Below are positions 37,974-52,642 of a DNA stretch of 64,000 nucleotides, in pieces. The stretch covers positions 105,388,036-105,452,035 of the forward strand of contig NC_068983.1 of NCBI RefSeq assembly GCF_001194135.2, written 5' to 3'. How positions within the stretch are numbered: the first letter of the stretch is position 1; each line of letters opens with the position of its first letter. This DNA is from Octopus bimaculoides (lineage: Eukaryota). The notes beneath the pieces were generated by a model, which was not told where the DNA came from, made no database searches, and was given only the letters and a program-made list of their open reading frames with translations. The translations under genes were made by a program, and so were the position numbers.

Positions 37974-40949
37974 ATCGTCATCATCATCATCATCGTATAA
38001 CATCCGCTTTCCATGCTAGCATGGGTTGGACGATTTGACTGAGGACTGGTGAAACCGGATGGCAACACCAGGCTCCAATCTAAATTTGGCAGAGTTTCTA
38101 AAGCTGGATGCCCTTCCTAGTATAGTATAGAATAGTAGAGTGGCACATGCATATAAAATGCATGAGATCCTTATCAGTAGAAGAAAGAGAATAAAAAAAC
38201 TGTTAGTTATGTAATGTTAATCTGCAAGACAAAGAACACATGATTTGAGAAAGTGACTGGGCATTAAAAGCATCAGCTGATGTATACAGGAGAGCAGGAG
38301 GGTGGGGGTAGTATTAAAATGTAATGCACTAAAGAATGAGTGCTTAGTGATAAACTACCCTCCTAACAATGGAAAATGTCTGCAGCACAGGAAGATGTGA
38401 GAAGAGAGACAGTCAGGTAATTTTCAGGACACTAAGCTAGGGGAGAGGACACAGGATCAGGGCCTGTAGCAATTTGCTGTATTACAGACCTATCCAACCC
38501 AATCTGGTAGCACAAATGTTCAAATAGAAATAAGAGATACAGTGATTTTGTTCTGAGGGGTGAGAATTGAATTTAACAAAGTTATAGAACAGTGATTCAA
38601 TGCTATAATAAAAACATCTGAGTCAGTTTTGACAGATATCATCATATAGAGTTCACAGGTATAAAAGACAAAAAAATCTGTCTCCTTCATGGACTTTCCT
38701 TATATTCCACACCAAACTCCTACCTTTATTCAATATACTACAAACATTTTCAAAGCATTTTTCTTTTTTTTTTTCTCTCATTTTCTATCAAATATTTGAG
38801 ATTTTCACAACTCACTACACATTCTGTTTAAACCTGGTTATTTTGGTTGTTCTTTCACTTGTTGGATTGCCCCACCTTCTCACCACCACCACCACATTTC
38901 ACTCCATTTACCCTTTATCGTTAATTTATCTATGTGCACTTTGAAAGTTTGTAGATGAGAATGTTGTAATAGATGGCCCCTTGAAGTGTTCTATAATTAT
39001 AAGATTTATGACTTTCTTGTGAACAGACTTGGTAAGTATGTTATCCCCCACCACCAGTACTCCATACACACACAGGTCATTTCTTCCTTCAATCCCTACT
39101 CAGCCAAACATACAAACACACACACACACACATCAAGGGGAACAAATATCTGGTCTGCCCACCAACTAATTCTCTATCCTTTTCTCCATCTCTTATCTCC
39201 TTTTCATGTACTTTCTTGCTTTATCTCCACCCATATCCTCCAGCTCTTTCTTATTTTCTATTTACCCTCCACATACATACACATTTCTTCTTTAGTCTCT
39301 CCCCGTTTGCTATATCTCCATCTCTTCTTTCTCTCTCCCCCTCATCTCCTCACTCTTTCTTATTTTCTCTCTCTCTCTCAACTATTATCTTTCAAGCCTT
39401 TCACTCTCTTCTTCCCAAACATCCTCCTACTCAACCTTCCTCAGTACTTTCTCAGCCCCCACCTCCTCCCACAGCCTCCTCTCTTCTCATCCATTTACTC
39501 TCCCACTCCACCCTACCCCTGCTCCTACACATACTCCTGTTTAGTGAATTATATACCCTTCCACAAACTAAACAACACACAACAATAATAGTAAATATAT
39601 AAAGTGTCAGGGAGTAGGGAAGGACTTGGTTCCCTCCAGCCACCCTCCCATCTTATCTGAACGCAAAAACCAACAAGCAATTGCCCAATAACCATTCACA
39701 ACCTCCACAAACCTAACACTGCCCTCTCTTAGGGAATTCTACAACTGAAAGCAATACCCTTATAGTTATGTGTCTGTCAAACATACAAAGAAAGTTGCTC
39801 CAGTGGACAATAGACTGGGGGGGGGGGCAGACAGACAGAAAGAGAGAGAGAGAGTATAAGAAGTGTGAGATACAGAACCAAGCTCCAATGGCAACTACTC
39901 AAACATCCAGCCACCCATCAGATCAGTTATCTTTTTTTTTATATATATTCTTTGTTTGTTTTTCAGCCAACTAGCTCTGTTTCAACTGATGATGATTATA
40001 AGGGGTGGTACTCAAAGCCAACAGACACATACACAACCACTGCACCAATGTTGTAAATTCACAACTTGCTCTAACGTCCTATAGAACAGGTTTAACAAAT
40101 GATTAAGAACTTTCACTCACCTGCAGACCAAGTGGAGTTATGTATATTTTTCCTCCCTTTCTTTTTTTACTTCATATTTTAAAGATATATTTCATTTTTT
40201 TTTCTTTTTAAACTTTTGGTTATAATTTACCCTCCCATTAACATTCTCTCTCCACGTGTCTCTGTCTACATATGGACCCTTTGCATGTAGCATGCATATG
40301 AGTGTGTGTGTGTAAAATTATGTTTGTGTGCATGTGCATAGAGACACACACACACACCTCATGTAAATATGCATATTTTGTCACCTAAAAATATGTACGC
40401 CCATGTAAGTTGTAAAAATATATGTGTGCTAGTTACTCTATAATTTGAGAGGGAAAGCAATTACTTCTGCAATAACCATTGCTATTACCTTCATTCAAGC
40501 AGTACATTGAAGAATTTACTACCAACACACACACACATACACAATAGAAAAAAAAAAGAAAGAGAAAAGAAATGCAAGTAGCATACTTAAGGACCAATTG
40601 GTACCTTAGGATTAGGCTATCTAGTAACTGAAGAGAATCTACAAACCATTAGACTCAACTGAATGTTCACAAATATTCATACAGTATTTATACAGGAACA
40701 AATATATTTTCTTCCAAAGAAAGTGAGTAACAGTTGTGGTTTTCTCATGGCAATGCCTACCCCAACTCTGACTCCAGTATGGTTACAGCTGAATGGTCAC
40801 TGGTACAACCATGTAGTTAAGAGGTTTGCTTCAAAAATGTGTGGTTCTAGGTTTCCATCCCACTCCTTGGCACATTGTGCAAGTAACTATCTTCTACTGC
40901 AGCCTTGAAAATGAAATTAAGTAGATAGAAACTGTGCAGAAACTTGTTG

Positions 40950-41440
40950 GATGAACTCTTCTCAGATTTAACTCATTGTCTGGTTTACCATCACCAACTG
41001 ACCCTTAGGCACCTTTTATAGGGTTCACTGCTATAAGCACTCAAGCCAGTTTCTGGTGTGGAAATAATGTCTCAATGTGCTGATTCTACGGGTTTGGGGA
41101 ATTGGCTTCCAGCAACCCCATTTACATCTCAAAGATATCTGCAAGAGAGACTTGAAGTCTCCTTCCATGAACATTAGAAGATTAGGATATTGCTGGTGAT
41201 TGCGCCCACTAGAGACAGAAACTAGACAAGAGTTTAAAATGACAAAAGGAGAGGCTAAGGTTTATTGATGAAAAAAACAGTAAGAGGACAAAACTGGCAA
41301 AAACTGTCTTCAAATATAGTCACTGTAACCAGGACTGCCACTCGCAAGTGGATTTCAACAGTCACAGAAGACACTGCCAACAAGACTAAACCAAGACTTT
41401 CCAGGTACAAAAGACCAAAAGATGATTCCATGCATGACAT
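40950..41440 (+). mobile_element. Decayed RTE-clade LINE 3' end
   Basis: PHLHLKDICKRDLKS matches RTE GRPxLRFKDVCKRDLK motif. Confidence 0.6.
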
Positions 41441-43969
41441 ATTAATTCTGACTACAGCAATCCATGAGTCATACTTCCCTCTTCTCCTTTCAAACTTGGA
41501 GATTCTGTAAAATGCTCAAAAGTGCTGTTCCAACAAATTGGATTTAGTCATTTAAAAACAATAAACACTATTTTCAAGAGTAGCATAATAAAACAAAGTA
41601 AACACCTCTAATATATAGACACAGCATAGCTGGGTGATTAAGAAGTCTAATTTCCAACCAAGTGGTCTCAGGTTCAATCTAACTGCAAGTCACTTTGGAT
41701 TAATCAATGGCTTTTGAGTGGAACAGGTAGACAGAAACTCTCTGAAAGTCTCTCTCTCAATCGTGCACGCACGTGTGTATGTGTGTGTGCATGCACACAA
41801 AGCTGTCATTCCTGCTTCTTTCCATGAGATAGTGCTTACATTACAGTGTGCACATTACATCCTATAGCACTGTGCTTTTGAAGTTAAAGAAGGGAAAATT
41901 CCTTACTTAAACAGATAAGGGTTTGGTGACAGCAATATTGCTTCAAATATATATATATATCATCTAACTTATAACAGCATAAAGAAAATACAGACACAAA
42001 ACAAATGAACAAACAGAGGTACATGACCTCAAATTGAGGAGGGGGCCTCTTTCCCCATCCCCTTTTTCCTCCAAAATTTAGTTAGGGAAATAAGTATCAG
42101 TCAAGTATTGAAATCAATCTAAAAAAAAATCAAATTGATCTCAACAGGATGAGAACTCACAATGTAACAGGCCATTATTATACTGCAAGGGTTTTTAATC
42201 CACTACTCTATAAATTCTGTTATTTCCAAAGAAAAGCTTCAATCTATTATGTAAGAAAACACTACAGACAGTCTTCACTTAACATCTTGTTTAACATTAT
42301 TTCATTATAACACTGATTGATGAGAAAGAAAATAATTTAAAATACTATAAAGCAAAGTGAAAGCCTCTCAGAATGAATGTACAATTTGTTTTATTTTCTT
42401 TTTTTTTTGTGTTTTTTTCTTTTTTTTTTTTTCCTTTTATAGCCTTTTATCTTTTTCCATCAGTAAAATGAAATAAGGTCTATTATGGCATTTCAGTAGG
42501 CTTGTTGGTGCCCATCTCCTCTCAAAGCATTCAGACCCTCATTAAATTTAGCCTGCAAGCAGAAGCAGTTACTGGGGTGTAGCTGAGAATGGTCTCAGAG
42601 CCAAAAGTGAGAGACAGGTGGGAACTAGTGTATCCATCCATCCATAACAATGTTGCTGCTGGAAAACTAAGGTATTATCTCTCCCCAAACACCTCCTTTT
42701 ACAATGTCCAAAGTCATTCTTCAAGGCACAGTTGAGAGGTTGAAAGCAGAGAAAATCCTGGTATGACATCAAGTACTGGACAGGTCATAACACAGTGAAC
42801 CTGATACACGTGACAGAACAGAGACTGGTGATGACAGTTGACTATGAAAGCATCTAGAGTGGCACTCCAATGACTGGCTGTATCAGTTAAGGGATCATGA
42901 TGATGATGAAATTATCATCATCATCATCATCATTTAGCATCTGCTTTCAATGCTGACATGGGTTAGACGGTTTGACTGAAACTGGTAAGCTGTAGGGCTA
43001 CACCAGATTCCAATCTGATTGGCATGATTTCTACAGCTGGATGCTCTTCCTAATGCCAACCACTCCAAGAGTGTAATGGCTGCTTTTTACATGCCACTGG
43101 CATGAGTGCCAGTTATGTGACACCAGCATCGGCCACAACTATGATTTCACTTAGCTTGACGGGTCTTCTCAAGCACAGCATATTACCAAAAGGTCTTGGT
43201 CACTTATCATTGCTTCCATGAGGCTAAATGTTCAAAGGGTACCAGTTACGCGACACTGGCATCGGCTACAACTACAATTTCACTTGGCTTCACAGGATCT
43301 TCTGAAGCATGGCATATTGCCAAATAAAGGATGAAAATGGTGAATAAAGACACTAATCATTCAACTTCTTTCATTTTATGATTACAACTTCAAATATAAT
43401 TTTTATGAGGTGGTGAAATGCAATTTTTGGATGTGGAGTCTCACAGAGGCAATGACAAGTCAGCAGGACTTCTGGCAAATTGTTGCGCTTGAGATGAAAT
43501 CGTGGTCATGACCCAGGGCTGGTGATGTGTGAATGGCACCAGTGCCAGTGACACGTACAAGGCACCCAGTACACAAGAATTTGCTCAGCTCAAGGTGCCA
43601 CACAATGGGACTGGACTCAAAACCATGTGGTTACAAAGAAAACTTCTTAACTAACAAATTCTCATTAATGCAGCAAAATTGTAAAATGTCTGATTTTTTA
43701 AATTTTGTTTTCTACTAAAAAGTTTCCTTAAACATGATATTAAATGAAAATTACAATAAATTGGGATAAACAAACAACCATATGTAGAGAAGGACAAGTG
43801 CACAAATTAAAACAAAGTGAGTGAGCAGTGAACTACTATGAAGCTTGACAAATTCAAAGGTAATCAGTTTTTGTTAGTATTTTGGTTTTGAACTAAATGA
43901 TGATAGTTGGTACTTCTTACAATTTTCAATTTGTAAATATTTAGTCCTTGATTTATCCTTGCTGAAACT

Positions 43970-44280
43970 GGGATGCATCCTGTTACTTGTATGAATCAGG
44001 AGTGCCAGCTCAGACTGTTTGGTCATGTTGCTTGATTTTTCTAGTTAGACCCTGCTTATCATGTTCTCTTCACTGAGGATCCAGCTGGGTTGAAGGCTTG
44101 TGATGGTCAAGCACATGCCATATGGTCACAACAGATGAGGAGGTATCTCATGGAGATGGGGACTGACTGGGACTCTGCTCAACAGATCACCCAGGAAGAC
44201 CCAGGAATATACCAACAAATGGTGAATTTAGCAAAGCATTGCAATGGCACCTGCCTCTACATATGACAAGACCTGACAAG
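43970..44280 (+). mobile_element. Decayed LINE 3' end (RTE-like)
   Basis: HVLFTEDPAG..GQAHAIWSQQMRRYLMEMG resembles the EDPxGWRRPRGRPRxTWLRQ motif; degraded. Confidence 0.4.
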
Positions 44281-45454
44281 TTTACATTAAAATTCCTGTG
44301 TGTATGTGTTTCACTATTACAATTGTTTGCAGATCTATGGTAGATGTTACAAATGCATATTAATGCTCAACCACAATGGACCATTGGGGAACACTTTATT
44401 GTATCATGTTACAGACAATAAAGTGTTCCTTGAGGATCTGTTATGGTCGAGCATCTCTGTGCATTTGGAACATCTACCGTAGGGCTCCAAACACACACAC
44501 ACACACACACAGGAATTTTAATATATCTTTATTTTCCCTAAATACACACACACACGTATGTTATTTAATGTCTGTTTTTCATATTAGCACAGGTTGGACA
44601 AAATATCATTGGCAACAATGAAATAATATTTTGTCTAACCCATGCCAGCATGGAAAACGGACATTATATGATTTTATTTATTCATTTATATATGATAACA
44701 GTAAAATCTACAGTGTTTAAAACTTCCATCTGGTATTTAATTATTTATTTGTGCTCTACAGTAGCAACATTATCATCATCATCGTTTTAGCATTCACTTT
44801 CCATGCTCACATGGGTTGGACAGAGTCTGTTGAGGTGTAAATTTTCTATGACCAGATGCACTTCTTGTCATCAACCTTCACCTGTTTCTAAGTAGGGTAA
44901 TATTTGCTTATGGCTGAATGTTTTCATGGAAGATTGGAAATGAAGGACACCACTTATATGATGGTGACACTCATTTACAATACAATGTCCATACAAGGAG
45001 ACACTAAGACATACATGCACACACACACAATAGCAGGCTTCTTTCAATTTCAAACAACTAAATTTATTTACAAGGCTTTGGTCAGTCCAGGGCTATAGTA
45101 GAAGACACTTGCCCATGATGCCATGCAATGGGACTGAACCTGAAACCATGTAGTTGGGAAGCAAACTTCTTAGCCACACCTGCTAAAAGTCAAATCAACC
45201 ACACACGTTCGTGATCTCTTCTTATTTACCCAACATTTTCCAATCAATACAGTTTTTAAGAAAACAGTACCCACCATGAAAACTTACCAACTTGCCACAA
45301 AATATGGTCAAAGAATTCAAGATCTTCAACATTTACTCTAGAAACACACAGTAAGTAACCCAACTGGTTGTCCCTTATTCCTTGACTTCTACTTTGAATT
45401 TTGTAAATGGTTATCAATCTAAAAATAAGCTTTGTTATGGTGCTAAGTTTGTAT

Positions 45455-45677
45455 CAAACCTTCAGCATTTAAACCAGCTATATTCAACCCAAATATTCTC
45501 CCAATTTTATATTTAAATTTGCCAGATCTGGCTTCTCATATCCACCCAACAATGTAATTCTAAAAATAAACAATTGCATCATTGAAATCTCAAAATGACG
45601 AGATAATGCAGGATTAATTCAAAACAATGTGACTAAATATTACATTTGACAGAGTAATTTGAATGCTAAAGGGTTAA
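45455..45677 (+). mobile_element. ~220-bp piggyBac-type MITE copy
   Basis: aaaccttcagcattt...gaatgctaaaggg|ttaa; same family as 25206. Confidence 0.8.
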
Positions 45678-45965
45678 ACTCCAAAGTTTAGAGCTGCAAT
45701 GATAGACAAAGCAGTAAAACATCTTAGAAGACAGTTTCTTACCATACTGATCAGATTTCATATCCTGTTTTTCTTCCCTCGAGTGTGATTAAAATGCACA
45801 CCAGAAATATTTCAGGATTGAATTAATCAACTAAACTGTTAGTTAAAAATAAATCTATGTAACAAAGTTTAATTGTCCACCATTTAAACATCTGTATTTA
45901 AAAACCAAATAGGCTCCACAAATGTCCAAAACAACATATATAAAGAAACAAAATAAATGACTTAC

Positions 45966-46077
45966 TAATGGCACATGAAAGTAGTCCAGTATCATCCTGC
46001 GTTAAAGCACGGTAACCAATATGTTGACATGTAGCCCAGCAAAGAACTTCCAGTTCTTTTAGGAGTACAAAAGGTTG
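45966..46077 (-). CDS. ATXN10: Ataxin-10 coding exon (human exon 8 equivalent): QPFVLLKELEVLCWATCQHIGYRALTQDDTGLLSCAI
   Basis: ttcctttcag|CAA...ATT A|gtaagt; 112 bp, phase 0/1; aligns to human ALATIRLLDVLCEMT...GLLERVI. Confidence 0.9.
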
Positions 46078-47219
46078 CTGAAAGGAACAATTGTGACAGG
46101 CATAGACTTCGTGGCAGAAAACAAATGACACCTCTTCCTAAAGGGAAAAACAGAAAGGAACCGGAGAGTAAATCTACAATTTCTATAAAATGATCCTTCA
46201 CAAAGCCAGAAAGCTGAAGAATATCTTCAAGCTGCCAAGTAGCTAAGTGTTGCCAGATTGCAATTTGCTGCCAAACAGTGAAAAAAGAAAAACAGCTGCA
46301 TTGCTATAAGAAAGCTGCACTGTTATGAAGAATAGTAACCATGCTTTGAGCTGTTTGTATTGCTTGTTTTGGTTTTTTTTCTTTTTCAGTATACTTTAGA
46401 CTTTTAGGGAAAGAGGGGAGATGGGTTGTTATATTGTTTATAGCTGTATCGAAAATTCTTCTGAAACCATCTTTATTTTATTTTAAATGATAGGAAATAT
46501 TTGGAGTCAATAAACAAAAAAGTTTAGGGAACTTTATCAAAAAATGTAATTGGGTTTAAACGAGAACATAAGCAAGCAAGCAAGCTAAAATAAGATGGGA
46601 AAATGCTCAATTTGTCTTTTGAATATATAAAAACATGTAAGGCAATATGTAGAAATAATAATTAAAGATAAAAGCATTAAAAGAAACAAAAGACAAGTTT
46701 AATTGGTATATAATGTATTCTAAAACACTGTATTCATTGCTATCCTCATTTTAAAGTTATCTCACTTAAGTATTATATTATAATACTATTGGAGATGTTG
46801 TATTGATAAAGTTATAAACTTATACTTTATATCTTAGGAAATCTTAACAGTCAGCAATGACATTCTAAGAAAAGAAATTATATATATTAACTTGAATATA
46901 AAAAAATATAAGCTTTTCTAAGAGATACTGTTTTGTGCTAAGTCATTTCTGACCTTAGAATTGGTACTGAATTTTGATGAATGAAATACCAACGGGAAAA
47001 TATAAAGTACTGGTTGCCAAGAATATGAACTAGTTGCCAAGAATACATTATACATGTGAATCAATCCATCAGATTTACTTAAGCCTTTAGTTAAAAATGA
47101 CTTATAAGTAACGTTACAATGGACAGTTAAAGGGAATACTCAGTTGCTGATGAAATTCCAACAGAAGATTAAGATGGATGATTTCTCCCTTTTCTATCCA
47201 CAATGATATTTGTTGTATA

Positions 47220-47969
47220 CTAGCAGAGATACCTGGCGTTGCTTGTGTCACATGGAATTGAAGAATTAGACTTTTCTTTTATATTTTCTCTAATGTACTG
47301 GAATACCTATGATTCGAATTTCATCAAAATTGGAGATTAAGAATTTTAATGAGGGTTCTTTCCTTCTTTACACACCCTAACAAAAATTCTAATCATGACA
47401 TTTTACAAATACATCTATATACATACATATGTACACATATATATACACATATATACATGCATACATATATTTATATGTATATATACACATATACACATAT
47501 ATACACATATACACATATATACACATATATACATATATACACATATATACATATATACACATATATACATATATACACATATATACATATATACACATAT
47601 ATACATATATACACATAATGTATGTATGTATATATATGTGAGATATATGTAAAATAAGTTTCACTTTAATAGTTTTGGTATTAATAGTGAAGGTATTAAA
47701 CTGAAAGTATCTCACATTACAATAAAGAGATGTTATCATTTCACTTTTGACACGTAATACTGAAATAGTGTAAAAGTTAAGAGATTGCTCTGGGCTCGCA
47801 TTAGGCAAGAAGTTGAAAATTTTTTTGGCCCATGACACTGCATGGACCCTAAGTAAGGTATGTGTAAAATTTGAATGAAATCAGTTGTGTAGTTCTTGAG
47901 TTTTAGGGATTGACAGACAGACAGACAGACACACACACACACACATTCTCATCTTTATATATATAAAGA
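47220..47969 (-). mobile_element. Non-autonomous Helitron-like element with internal tandem repeat
   Basis: Minus-strand 5' end TCTTTATATATATAAAGATGAGAATG(TG)n(TCTG)n; 3' end CAAGCAACGCCAGGTATCTCTG-CTAG|T (eroded subterminal hairpin plus CTAG); no TSD. Confidence 0.7.
47415..47615. repeat. 18-bp-period AT-rich minisatellite (TACATATATACACATATA)n
   Basis: Regular YTYIHI translation repeat; sits inside the Helitron-like element. Confidence 0.85.
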
Positions 47970-50210
47970 CAAGACATTTACATATGTCTATTATATGCTG
48001 TGTTGGCTAAAATTTATAGATATATTCTGTAATAAAATACAGCAATAAACTATTTAGTATAGTTCTTTACCACCAGATTATATAAACTTCTATTTAAGCC
48101 TCCTCTTCATCTGCATAAATTAAACCCATATTTAAATATAGAAACACTGTTAAATGCTTTCTGTCAGCAAATTATTAGAGAGAAACATATACCATATTTT
48201 AAATTATTTTTACAAGAGGGTCTGTATGCTGGTACCCTCCTTGAGAAAGATTTTCAATAAAGGTTATTAAATAAAAACTTAATATATGATAAAAATTGGA
48301 TATTATTTTTTCCTGTTTTCCTAATATGAAAAAATGTAAACAAACTTCATGTGTGGTCCACAAGATTTATAGTACCTTTATATTAATATTCCCTTTTCTC
48401 CTGTCCATATATTAATCAACTTTAGCATAAATTACAATAGTAAATGCTCCCAAGTTAAACAATAAATTTATTATTATTACATTACTAAATAAAATTTCTC
48501 ATGAATATTAAGTGTTAAAGTAAAAATATACTCTTAGATTTAGCATTCCACTCATATTTCAAGGCTGTAATATCCTTAAATAATTTACAGCCAATCAACA
48601 TATTAAAATCAGATGCTCCATATTGGAATAGGTGTTAAAATCTTATCTCATTCTACTCTTATTTACCTGAACATATTTCAGCAATTCTATATACTTAAAT
48701 AAAACATTTCCAGTTAAACTCCTTAGCACAAGGGATTTTAACAACCTTTATCCAACACATCATCATAACAGCTAAATTTGCATCTAAAATATTAGGTTTC
48801 TTTTACAGAGTAAAATGATATTTTGAAAATCAACATCTTTTTAAGTTAAACTCTATGATAACACAAAATCTGACATTCATAACAACAACTGCTGTTTTGA
48901 ATAGAATATATAATTATCTAAATCTCATAATTTTTCTAAATGATAGAACAAATAATTCTGCTTTAAACTAGAGTAAACAAAATTATATTTCTCTATTGTT
49001 AAAGTAAAACTGGTGAGGTTAAACTTCTTTCTTCATACTACTTTCTTGAAATGTTTCTAGAGATTTCTCTATTTACAATAATCTAATTTTTTCAATAATA
49101 ACCCCCAATAAGAATATGCCAACCATGTCTCATTCAAAAGCAACAAAACACACTCTTAGTCACGAGCAGTATTTAACTACAGTTCAAGCATCCTAATGAT
49201 TGGCCCTTCCCTTCAGGTATATTACTTCAGCATCCAATAATTATTGATACTATAAAACTCATGCAAAGCCCACAATGAAGTATTACTCTCACGTTTGAAA
49301 CAGTGGTGTTGCTGCTGCACCACATCCAAAAATGACACACCTGAGTGACTGGCATAAAATCACTCAGTCATGCTCCACTCTCTGGCTTAAAAGTGCACTA
49401 TATTTTCTCTCTGCCATTTCTACCATTCTATAGTGGCCTCATACACTTCCCCTCAGGAATTCCTGCCCCCTCATCTCTCCTCCTTTCATCATCTTTGTTA
49501 TAACCAATATCCCAGGACCTTCATATCATATTTAGTCCATCCTTCGCAGAACATTGACCTTCTAGAATTTTATATGCTGACTTGCAAATGTTCAAGAGAA
49601 ACAGTAAAGGCATCAATTACACTGATTCTGAAAGGCCTACAAAAATCATGAACACAGTCTCTTCCTCCCAATCCAACATGTAAAAAGAAATAAAATAAAA
49701 TAAACAAAAAGTATCTGAATGTTTTCAATATTAGCCTTACTCTATAACTATAGAATTATTTCTATTTTGTAACATCAGACATTTTATTTCTTCAAATTTC
49801 TCACTTATTAGTTTGCAAATTCATAAATATTCTTTTTTATCTTTCTATAGTCATATTTGTTTGCAATTTTTACTTTTCGGTATCACATTTAACAACTTTC
49901 AATTACACACCAAATAAGCCTAAAACTGTATTTCTAATATGATATAACATCTGTCCTCTGGAAGAAGTCTACAACTAAATTCTAATTTCAACTCTCATTT
50001 TAAGAAAAACTTATTGATATAAAATAAGAACGTGTTGTATTATACTTGTAAAATATAGACAATAGTCATAACTATAAAATTATAGATCAGTTTCCTAATG
50101 GACATCTGTATATACAATATAAGTAATTTTAACTGACTGAGGTAAGAAATGCATGCCTATTTAGACTTAGCTTTACAGGGAGCAATAAGCATATAGGAAT
50201 TCATATTTAC

Positions 50211-50394
50211 CATTTCTTTACCATCAACAGTATCAGAATCCCCTAAAGACAGCAGAATATTGGACATTTCTTTAAAATCTTTAGCCAAATACAAAAGATT
50301 AGATTCACAGATCTGAGGAGAATAATCCTGAAAATCTTTGTTTTCTTCACATGGTCTTTGTAGTTGGTTTGCCATTACATCCAAAACCAAAAGC
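50211..50394 (-). CDS. ATXN10: Ataxin-10 coding exon (human exon 7 equivalent): LLVLDVMANQLQ...DSDTVDGKEM
   Basis: ttttatctttag|G CTT...GAA ATG|gtaaat; 184 bp, phase 2/0; ORF track 50157-50390 covers it. Confidence 0.88.
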
Positions 50395-50427
50395 CTAAAG
50401 ATAAAAAACAGGTTAGAGAGAATAAAA

Positions 50428-50655
50428 TATACCTTTTAGCATTTAAAATAGCTATATCCAACCCAAACAATCTACCTGCTTCATATTCAAACTTGTCAGA
50501 TCTAGTCTCTCACACCTACCTTACAATGTCATTCTAAAAATATACCATCACATCATTGAAATCACAAAGTTACAAGATAATGCATGATTAATTCAAAACA
50601 ATGTGAATAAATAAGCATTATAATCAACAAGGTAATTTGAGTGCTAAAGGGCTAG
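50428..50655 (+). mobile_element. ~220-bp piggyBac-type MITE copy
   Basis: accttttagcattt...gagtgctaaaggg; 33 bp from the exon acceptor at 50395. Confidence 0.78.
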
Positions 50656-51420
50656 ATATCTATAAAAAATCACATTTTAAAAAGAAACAAAATTATATTA
50701 TTATTTAATATTATGGCCGGGTTCCAACCTGGGCTGAAAGTATATTAAACGTAAACAAAGAGCAGAAATTTAAAAGTCTATCCTACTTCAGCCTATCTTA
50801 CTTATATGGGGTATGTTCAAAAGTGACAAGAAAATATTACAGACAACTAAAAATAACAAATTAACTGTTAGTGAAAAGGAAAAGAAGCTGTAGCAGCTCA
50901 GTTTAAGGGATGTTTATGAACTACAAAACATATATTAATGTGTGAGAATTCCCACTGTTATGATTTTGAGCACTATCGAATGGAATGAGACAGAGAGGAA
51001 ATGGATAATGGAAGAGAAAACGGGATGAACAAGAGTACCTTACAGACTAATTTGATAAAGAGAGAAGAATACAACTGTTGCAATGTTTAGTGCACACACA
51101 CACACAACAGGCCTCTTTCAGTTTCCATCAACCAAATCCACTCACAAGACTTTGGCTGACCCAGGGGTATAGTAGAAGACATTTGCCCTGAACCTGGAAC
51201 CATGTGGTTGGAAAGCAAACTTCTTAACCACACAGCTATGCCTGCAACACAAAGTATTTTGGCCAACATTTTAAAGATCCTGAAGTTAAACATACAAACA
51301 TGTGGACATGCATGTATGCTTACACACAAAAATACATGCCAACCAGGCATGCACATGCACATGCACACACACACACACACACACCATAATAGTGTATTAA
51401 ATTTCAGAATATTCACTTAC

Positions 51421-51498
51421 TTCTGTTCATTATCCATTTGTGGATACATCACAGAGATGAAATCCTCAACAAGTAAAAAATCTTCCAGAACAAAAATC
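51421..51498 (-). CDS. ATXN10: Ataxin-10 coding exon (human exon 6 equivalent): IFVLEDFLLVEDFISVMYPQMDNEQK
   Basis: ttttaatttaaag|G ATT...CAG AA|gtaagt; 78 bp, phase 2/2; aligns to human FLIITDLFLKSPELVQAMFPKLNNQER. Confidence 0.9.
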
Positions 51499-52265
51499 CT
51501 TTAAATTAAAAGAAAAAAGAAGATAAGTACATCAAAATGTATCAATATATCAACATACCCTTCATTACTTATTGATACAGAGAAGCAAGAATTCTTTATT
51601 TTTTTAAAGTTATAGAGATAGAATAATAAAATTTATTCAGGATACTATTAAGCTCATCTTATCCTATGTTTGATTTTATTTTTAATCCATTATTTCAATT
51701 GACACCTCTATTTTCTGGTGACCTATTTCGACTGGGATTGAAATCACAAGCACTGTACTGAATTCTTTCATTTTTTCACTGATTCCAGTCATTGGTCTAT
51801 AATCATACTTCAACACCACCTTCAGGATTTTTCAATTATAATCTCTGGTACTCATTTTATCAGCCTCATAGAGCTGAAAGCAAAGTTCATCTAGATGGGA
51901 TGTTTGATTCTGTCTTGATTACATTCTTTTACAAGGTATTTTTCATTTGATGCATTGATTATGCCATTCCACACTGATATAGCTCTCAAAATATCGTCAC
52001 CATCATTTAACATCTCTACTTTTCCATGCTTGCATGGGTCAGATGGAATTGGTTGAGGTAAACTTTCTAAAGCCAGACACCTTTCCTATCAGTGAAAGCA
52101 AGGTAATATTCCCCTACAATGAGACATGTTGTCATAGATGATTAGGAATCAAAGGACTCCATTTGTTTGATGGTGATATTCATTTACAACTATCATGACA
52201 GTAACATGTACACACACATGTGTTTGTGTATGTGTGTATGTATGTATGTATATAATATATATATG

Positions 52266-52304
<39 letters not shown>

Positions 52305-52642
52305 TATAAAATATATCATCATCATCATCATCATCATTTAACGTCCGTTTTCCATACTGGCATGCGTTGGACGGTTTGACTGAGGCTCCAATCTGATCTG
52401 GCAATGTTTCTACCGCTGGATGCCCTTCCTAACGCCAATCACTCTGAGAGTGTAGTGGATGCTTTTTTATGTGCTATCCACACAGGAGCCAGCCAGGTAG
52501 GCCTGGCATCGATCACATTTAGATAGGGCTTTTTACATGCCACCGGCACGGAAGCCAGTGAGGGGGTACTGGCATCGGGAAAGAAATTCTAAAAGGTAAA
52601 GATAAATCATCATATAATTGTGCAACACTTAAAACTGGATAT

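Noticed and set aside
38986-39602. 200-aa and 128-aa ORFs
   Set aside because: Low-complexity pyrimidine-rich tract, no domain motif or splice support; the mirror-type purine tract at 60175-60960 is likewise non-coding.
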